Source: Propionibacterium ruminifibrarum
GTDB taxonomy: Bacteria; Actinomycetota; Actinomycetes; Propionibacteriales; Propionibacteriaceae
Direction of reading: 5' to 3'
DNA: 32,000 nt
Assembly (NCBI RefSeq): GCF_900289195.1
Contig: NZ_OMOH01000005.1
Coordinates: 90,001-122,000 of the forward strand
In this document: positions 15,290-24,200 of the stretch, piece after piece
How positions within the stretch are numbered: the first letter of the stretch is position 1
Layout of the letters: each line of letters opens with the position of its first letter
The notes under the pieces: generated by a model
The model's database searches: none
Told to the model about the DNA's origin: nothing
Seen by the model: only the letters and a program-made list of their open reading frames with translations
Position numbers and translations under genes: made by a program

Positions 15290-18200
15290 GTGAGGAAGAT
15301 GAGCGGTATAGAGTTCAGGCCTTCCCAGGACATCGCGATCATCGGCATGTCGGCGAGAACCTCGTTGGGATCCGATTGCGATGAGCTGTGGCAGGCACTT
15401 GTCGAGCAGCGCAGCGCCGTACGGCCGCTCACTCGCGATCACTTGGAGACGGACGCGATCTATCGTGCTGATCCCGACCAGTTTGGTGGAATTGAAGAAT
15501 CCTTGTTCAATGCCCCGGTGCCTGAGGCGGACAAGTTCGATGCAGGTTTTTTTCGGATCACTCCACGTGAGGCTCGCACGATGGATCCGCAGCAGAGGCT
15601 TCTCCTAGAGGAGACCCAGCACTGCATCGATGACTCAGGTGTGGGGATCGCTGAACTGCGCAGGGGAGACACCTGCGTGTATGTCGGTGCGACGGGTAAC
15701 GACTACGCCCTGCTGGCCTTCCAGCAGGGCGTAGACACGGATCCCTACGCCCCACTTGGCAATTTCAGTTGCATGCTGGCGAATCGTATTTCGCATACCT
15801 TTGGGTTGCAGGGCGAGTCGATGAGCCTTGACACTGCCTGTTCCTCATCCTTGGTTGCGATTGATCTTGCCTGTCGTCAACTGAGGTCTGGTGCAGGAAA
15901 CTACGGTGTTGCAGCGGGTGTGTGTCTGACTAATCATCCGTGGCGTTTCGTCTCCTTCTCCAGAGCACACATGATGTCGCCGGACGGTGTGTGCCGGGCG
16001 TTCGATGCCCAGGCAAATGGTTTCGTCCAAGGCGAGGGAATCGGTGTTCTCCTGTTGGAGCGCCTTGAGGACGCTCAGCGCAAGAAGCATCGGATCCTTG
16101 GCGTCATCAAGGGTGGCGCGGTTAGTTTCGGTGCAGGTGTGGCCAGTGTTAGTGCTCCCAATCCGGCCGCACAGCAGCGGGTCGTTGGCGCCGCACTCAC
16201 CCGTGCGGGCATTGATCCTGCCATGGTTGGGTTCATTGAGGCACACGGGACTGGCACCAGTCTTGGTGATCCAATCGAGATCGAATCGCTGACTCGTGCG
16301 TTTCGGAACATTAATCCGGACACGCCGGATCAGATCTGTGGTGTCGGGTCGATCAAAACCAACGTCGGGCATCTAAGTTCGGCAGCCGGGGTAATCGGTG
16401 TCATCAAGGTCCTGATGATGATGAGAGAGAGGACCTTGACTCCCAGTAGGAACCTGATCGAGGAGAATCCTCTAATCGGCTTCTCCCACACCCCGTTCTA
16501 TCCGGTGCGTGAAGTATCCAGTTGGACTCCCGTCACAGGGCAGGAGGTACTTGTCGCCGGCGTCAGCGGATTCGGTTTCGGGGGCGTGAACGGGCATCTC
16601 GTGATCACGTCTGCGCCGACAAGACCCCCGTCCACGCCGCCCCGTCGATCGGTGCCGCTGTTAGTCTCCGCTCATACCCCCGGGAGTCTGAAGCGTCTCG
16701 AAACTGCATGGGCCGACTTCGCTCGAGCTCCACGCGGACGTGACGCGGACCATGAAGCGGTGGTGCGCTCCGCCATGGTGGGGCGGGAGCCGCAGCCGTT
16801 TCGCCGTAGCGCGATGATGGGTCCGGCGGATTCTCTTTCAGACGTTGTTGCCGACTTGACGGGTCCCAGCGAGGAGAACGTCCAGGAACCTCTCGGACTC
16901 ACGCTCGGCCCGGTCGCCTGGGGATCGCTGGCGCCCGACCCCGGCGAGGGATCGTCCGTGCGCCGCGTGCGTGATATGCTCCGCGAATCACATCTGGACG
17001 AGCTCGCTGACGAGGTCGTCGGCGGGTTGTTTGCTGGGATGATTCTCCTGGAGAACGTCGAGGGAATCTCATATGTGGTGTGCGGCCGTGATCAGGGGCT
17101 GATCGGACTCATCCTGTGTGGTGCTTTGAGCCCGGCGGATGGGTTCATTGCGTACCGTGATCGGTCAGCCTGGTCCGACCTGCAGGTCAACCGCCCTGAT
17201 GTTGAGTTGCGTTCGGGGGACGGCCGACCCTGGCTGCGTCCCACCGAGTTGCCTGTGGGATACTTGGCTGATCTCGTATCGGCGGTTCGGGAGGACATCG
17301 CGGTGTCCAGCGCTGACACCGATGCCATCCTCCAGATGTTCAACCACCAGTTCACCTACCAGCGTTTCGTGAAGCAGTGGCTGGAATCCCTGCGTGCGGT
17401 CGCCTCCGTCGACAGTCCGATCGGCCAGCTTGCCACCGACCACCGTGGCTTGGTGGTTCAGCTTGCGGGAACGGAAGCGGGCAGGCTGGCGCTGGGCGTG
17501 ATCCATGAGTCCTCTCGGCGCCGCATACAGCGCAAGTGGGCCCTGCACGAGGCTGACTCCGCGACGGCCATCGCCGAGCTCGGCCGACTGGTCGACGGTG
17601 GCCATCTTGGCATGGATGCCGTCATGGAACTTCTTCTTGCTGACGTCGATGCGAACGATATTTCCTTGTCAGGTCTGGAATCTCTGACGCCAGCAAGGAT
17701 CTCCGAGGACTTTCCGATGCTGTACGCTGCCCAACAGGCGCCCGGCTCCCTCGACCAAGTGATGGCGCGCCTCGATGGACACAGCCCGGCAGGTGCGACC
17801 GCATTGTGCGTGGGCGACGGACAGCGAATCGTATCCAGCGTTGGTGCATGCGACGATCTCGCGCAGGCGATCACGACGTTGTGGACCGCAGGTGCGCAGG
17901 TTCACTGGGACACGCTGTACGAGTTCGTGACGGAACCGGCATCGATACCGATGACCCAATTCGATAGACAACGGTATTGGATTAACCCGGCTGTTATCCC
18001 CTCGCCGGGATCCAATCAGCGTACCTTTCCTTTGCTGGGCTCTCCAGCAGAGTCATCCGTTGACAGCGCCTCCGGTGCGTCGGTGGTGGTCACAACGATT
18101 AGCGCTGAGCAGTCGGTGGTGCGTGACCATGTGGTCGGCGATGTCGCTATCCTCCCCGGGACAGCGTACGTAGAACTGGCCATGGAGGCTTTCGAGGCTG

Positions 18201-21200
18201 TGACCGGAGCTAGGGCAGCGGGGGTGCGCAAGGTCTCCTGGCTACGCCCCATGGAGTTTGGCCAGGGAGTCGGGTCACGTAAGGTGAAGGTTTTCTTGGC
18301 GCACTCTGATGGGGGCGAGCATCATTTCAGCGTCTCTTCGTACCAGTCGAATGAGTGGACGGAGCACGCCAAGGGAATGGTTCACGGGCACTCGCAGACG
18401 CAAGAGGTCAGCCAGACTCCCGCACTGGATGTGACCACGCTCCTGGGACAGGCACACTTTAGCTTCACCAAGCAGCAGGTGTACGGCACCGTGTTCTCCG
18501 AGGCAATCGGATTCGACTACGGTCCCGCCTTCCAGATGACCGGTAGTGCCCACGGTCTTGGGGATCGTTCCGTCGAGGTGCTTGACACCGCTGATGCTCT
18601 CCTCAAGAGCCCGCAGGGCTACAGGGCTCATCCCGCGGTCCTGGATGCGAGTCTTCGGGCCGTCAACTGGCTGGGATCGCAGGAGGACTGCACCTCCCTG
18701 GTGATGCAGGTTCCGTTCTCCATGGAAGAGTTCAGGATCGCTGGCGACCTTGTAGGCGCCAAGTACGTCGTGGCAAGGATGTCGCCGCAGGCGTGCTCGT
18801 CGTCGGTTCGCGTACACGACATCGACGTGTTCGCTACTGATGGACGATGCGTCGCCCAGGTCCGTGGCTTCGTGCTGAGGCCCTTGGCTGTCGGGCACCG
18901 GGTCGACGGGCTCGAGGTCTTCACCCGCGAACTCTCCCCGGTGGTCGGTGATCGGGCGCGTCCACTGACTTCACCCGACGCGGTGTTCCTAGTGGCCGAC
19001 GCAGCATGCGACCCGGGTCTTCGTGACGTAGCCGACACCATGGCCCGGCACCGCGCCTCCGCGGGAGCCGATCTGCGCATTGTGACCGATCTTCCGGCGC
19101 TGCTGGAGACGGTGGATGTCGGTGCGGGCACGCGGATCGAGGTGATCCAGTGCGCCCCCGGCGCGTCGGAAGCGGCAACCCCCGACACCGCGCCCGTGCT
19201 CGACATCAACGACTGGTTCAAGCAGGTTGCTGACCACGAATGGGTGGTCCGACACGTTGTGCTGGCCAGGGATGACATTCCGGTTGACCCGTTCATCGGC
19301 TGTCTGGACGTGTTCACCAAGTCTATTCGCTTCGTTTACCCGGAGTTCACGGTCGGCGTGATCGCGGTCGAGGCGGATACTTCGGGCGGATTGGTGCAGT
19401 TGAGTCAGGAGACCATGGATGCCGCACTGGCTCGGATAGCCGATGTCGCCTATCAGGTGGTGGGGTCCGAAGGCATTCGCGCCCATCGTTTCGTCCCAGC
19501 GGAGGCCAGCCCGATTATCGACGCGCAGGTCATCAGGCCGGGTAGCACCTATCTCGTCTCGGGTGGAGCAGGTGGGATCGCTCTTGAGCTTGTGCGTCAC
19601 TATCTGTGCGAGGTCGACGCCCATTTCGTGCTCTTGGGGCGTCGCGATCCCGAGCAACTTCCCGATGAGGTCAGGCAGGCGCTCCGAGACCTGGGATCGA
19701 CCGTCGAATACCGCGCCTGTGACGTCACCGATAGCGCAGCGTTGGACATGGTTGTGGACGACATCATCGCCGGTCCACGCCCCCTTGCGGGAGTGTTCCA
19801 CCTTGCCGGGGGCATCGTCCCCTTGAATGCACGAGAACTCGGACGTGATGCGCTCCACGACGCACTTGCGGCCAAGGTGATTGGTGCCCACCATCTGGAC
19901 CGGGCTACCTCACATCTTAAGCTCGACTTCTTCGTGGTCTTCTCATCCCTGTCCGCCGTCGTCGGGGATTCGATGGGATCCGGCTACGCCTTGGCTAACC
20001 AAGCGCTCAATACTTTCGCGGAACTGCGTTGTCGTCGTGTCGCTGCAGAACGGGGATCGGGTAGGACTTGCTCGGTGATGTGGCCTGTGTGGGCTTCCGG
20101 CGCGCTGCGGCCCACCGATGACCAAGACGTGGTGCTCAAGAAGTACTTTGGACTACGTGAGTTGGAATCGGGTGAGGCGTTCTTGGCCCTCAATAGGATC
20201 ATCGCCAAGGGAATCACGGTGAGCATGGTCCTAGATGGGGATCCCACTCGTTACGACGCCCTTGTTGAGCGCCCGGATGCCCAGAAATCTGCCCGGCCGG
20301 TTGCCGAGTTGGTGACGGATCGAGCTGCAGTGCCTTCCGCAGGCAAGGGCCGCTCGCAGGTAACCGAGTGGATTCGTGGACTGATCTCCGAGGAGTCCGG
20401 GATCGATGCATCCGCAATCAGTGACAGTGCAGATCTTGGTTGCTATGGCATCGACTCCATCATGATAATTAACCTCCTCGAGAAGATGGGTGCTCGTTTT
20501 GTCGACCTTCCCAGCACGCTGTTCTTCGAGCGCCAGACAATCAAGGAAATCACGGACTATCTTGAACAGCACGACCCGAGCGCATGTGAAGGATTCATGC
20601 ACGCAGCAGGGGCCGAGGCGCCCGAGCAACCCTGCGTGGTGTCGGACGCGCCGTGCGCCAGCTCTCAATCACCTGTAGCACCCTCGCCGGTTGATGAGCC
20701 CATTGCCGTCATCGGACTGGCTGGTGTCTATCCGCAGTCGGATGATCTCGAGGAATTCTGGCGCCACCTCTTGGCAGGTGATGATTGCATCGAAGTCGTC
20801 CCAGCGAATCGTTGGGATCATGGTCAGTATTTCTCCGCTGGGGGAGGAACTGATCGTGTCAACGTGCAATGGGGTGGATTCCTGAACGACGTCCGGGGGT
20901 TCGACGCGAGATTCTTCGGGATCTCGTACCGCGAGGGTAAGTCGATGGATCCGCAGGAGCGTTTGTTCCTGGAAACCGTCTATCACGCATTCAACGACGC
21001 CGGGTATCCGCGTCAACGCATCCAGGGCACCGACACCGCCGTCTACGTCGGGGTCATGAACGGCCTCTACCAGATGATCGAGGCGGAGGAACTGGCCGTG
21101 GGACATGTGGTAGAGGCGCGATCCACCTATGCGGCGATCCCCAACAGGGTGTCGTTCGTCTTCGACCTGCGTGGACCGTCGATGGCACTCGACACCATGT

Positions 21201-24200
21201 GTTCGTCGTCGTTGACTGCCCTGCACTTGGCCTGCGAAGAGTTGCGGCGGGGCTGCAGCCACATGGCGGTGGCCGGTGGTGTGAATCTCATCACGCATCC
21301 GGCCAAGTATGTCTTCCTCAGCGAGCAACACTTCGGGTCGACGGAGGGTAAATGTAGAGCCTTCGGTGATGGTGGCGACGGATATGTTCCCGGCGAAGGA
21401 GTCGGTGCCGTGATTCTCAAGCCACTGTCGGCAGCCCTCGCTGATGGCGACCGGATCCACGGGGTCATCAGGGCCACCGGACTGAACCATGGCGGGCGTA
21501 CGAACGGTTTTACCGTCCCCAATCCGCGCGCCCAGAAGACGCTGGTGGCCTCGGTCTTGGATCGAGCGGGCGTCGTCGCCGGCGAACTTGGTTATGTGGA
21601 GGCGCACGGTACAGGTACGGTCCTCGGTGATCCGATCGAGGTCACCTCCCTGGTAGGTGCGTTCAGTCAATGTGGGCTCGATTTCGGTGAGCGTGGCGTC
21701 CCCATTGGATCGGTCAAGGCCAACATCGGGCACACCGAATCGACTGCCGGCATCGCCTCCCTGACCAAGGTTCTTCTTCAGATGAAGCATCGTCGCATCG
21801 TCCCATCAATCCACGCTGATCCGCCGAATCCTCGCCTCAGGCTCGAGGAGACCCCTCTGCGGGTTCTCAGGGATTCGGCACCGTGGGACGTGAACGCACA
21901 CCCCACCGCGCTTATCTCGTCCTTCGGCGCAGGCGGATCCAACGCCCATGTGGTGCTTAGCGCACTACCCGGGAACCTGGACCATGGAAATCGCATTTCG
22001 TCCGACAACGGCCAATTGATCATCCTTTCGGCAGTCTCCCGGGAAGCCCTCGACGAACAGGTCGAGTCCCTGCTCGGCTGGCTACGTGAGCGAAGTGTTG
22101 GCGAAGGATACGCGCGGATTCTGTTGGTGGTCGTCGGTGCTGTTGCTGCCGTGCTCGGTGTGACTGACGATGACGTGACCAGTGACCAGTCTCTCCGCGA
22201 TCTGGGCTTCGTGAGCGACGATTTCGGCCGCTTGTGGAATGAACTCGAGGCTAGGGCCGGGCGGGCGATCCGGTTCTCGCTTGCGGAGGACACGACGGTG
22301 GGGGACATCGCACGTCAGCTCAATGAGCAGGGGTCATCGGGATCGGGAAGTGTCGAGTATGCTGCCGACGACTCCGGGGCGATGCTTGCTAGCATCGCAC
22401 GCACCCTTCAGCAGCATCGTGAACCGCTTGAGGCCCGTGCGGCATTCGTGGCTCGCTCACTGGGTCACCTTGAGGGGCTGCTGCGCGCCTTCCTGGACGG
22501 GCGGAGCGATCTGGACGTGTCATTTGGCATGGTTGATCGTTATCGGACGCAGACTCCCATCGCGAATGACCTGTTGTCCGCAGCCGCGGCCAACGGCGCC
22601 TGGCATGACGTGGCTCGAGGGTGGGTATCCGGTCAAGATAGCGACTGGTCGATTCTTTACACCGATGACGCCGTGCCATTCCTCGACGATCTGCCGGGCT
22701 ACCGGTTCCATCACACCCCGCTGTGGATTGACCGCCGAACGGTCACTGGGATCCGTCATGGTGTGGGCTCTGACCTTGCCCCGCTACGCGCCCGGGTGAT
22801 GGTGCCGGAGGACGGATCGCCGACACGCTTCAGATGGGGTCTTGACCCGCAAGACCCGGTCGTCGCTGACCACGTGATCGGGGGGCACCCTCTCGTGCCT
22901 GCGGCGGCTCAGATCATGGCTGTGCGAGGATGTATGCGGATGCTCGGCGAGCAGCAGATGACTACACTCTCAGACATCACCTTTGTGGCACCCATCCAGG
23001 TTACATCCCATACCGAAGTGGAGATGTCCCTGCACCGGCAGGGAAGCGCCATCGCGGCAACCGTCGAGACTATCCGACCGGATGGGGAAAGGACGCTGCA
23101 CAGTCGGATGGTTCTCGGCAGTGGCTGCCTTGATGGGGCCCGATCACCGATCAGTCTTGCTGTTCGGGGTGATCAGCTCAGCAGGAACGACATCTACGCA
23201 GCCTTTCAGAATGAAGGCATCGACTACGCGGGGTCCTTCCGCTCGTTGGAGTCTGTGACCCGTGGGGTCGAGGTGGCCACGGCGGTGCTGGACGGCGCTC
23301 TAAGTTCGATCCCAGATCCTGAGTTGGCGGCCGTGTGCCGTCTCGATGCAGCGCTGCAGTTGTCCAGTGTCTTCGTCGGCCCGTTAGCGGGAGGCGTGGC
23401 CCGTCCGCACGTGCCTGCAGGGCTAGAATCCATCACTTTTATCGACGCCACGGGCATACCGACGACCGCAGTCGTGCAACGTCGTAGCGAGGACGTGTTC
23501 GACGCCCGGCTCTGTTCTGCATCCGGTGAAGTCGTCCTCGTGGTTTCGGGCCTGCGAGTCGCGCCTTTGTGCGGGCATGACAGCAGGCCTGATCCGGAAT
23601 GCTCGCAGCAGGAGGTTCTGGAGGCTGACGGCTTGGATTCGTGGGTCAGGGAAGAGATCCGGGGAGACATCCTGCGCGTGCTCGCTTCGAAGGTCGAGAT
23701 GCCGCTGGATCAGATCAACCCCGATTGGACGTTCGTCGATCTGGGTGTGGATTCCGTTGTTGGGCTGCAGATCATCGACGAACTCAACGAACTGTTCCAG
23801 TGTTCGATCCGATCGACTGCGCTGTTCGATCTCCCTACTGTCGGTCAGCTTGCCGATCACCTGTCACAGGACGAGCATGTCGTTTCTGTTGTGTCACGCC
23901 GCGTCCATTCAGGCACGCAGACCCGCGTGCCTGAGTCGACCGATCACGCCCTCGCGACCGTCGTTGTCCCCGACTCAGTAGCAACGCCGAACACCGAGAG
24001 GGAACCGATCGCGGTGATCGGGATGTCGGGCAACTTCCCCGGCGCCCGGACACCTGAGGCGTTCTGGGAGTTGCTGAGCGAGGGGCGCTCGAGTGTCAGC
24101 GAAGTTCCGGTCGATCGATGGGATGCCGAGAATCTCCATAGGGACGACGTCGGTGACATGGCTGGATGCGTCAGCAAGTGGGGAGGCTTCATCGCTGGGC

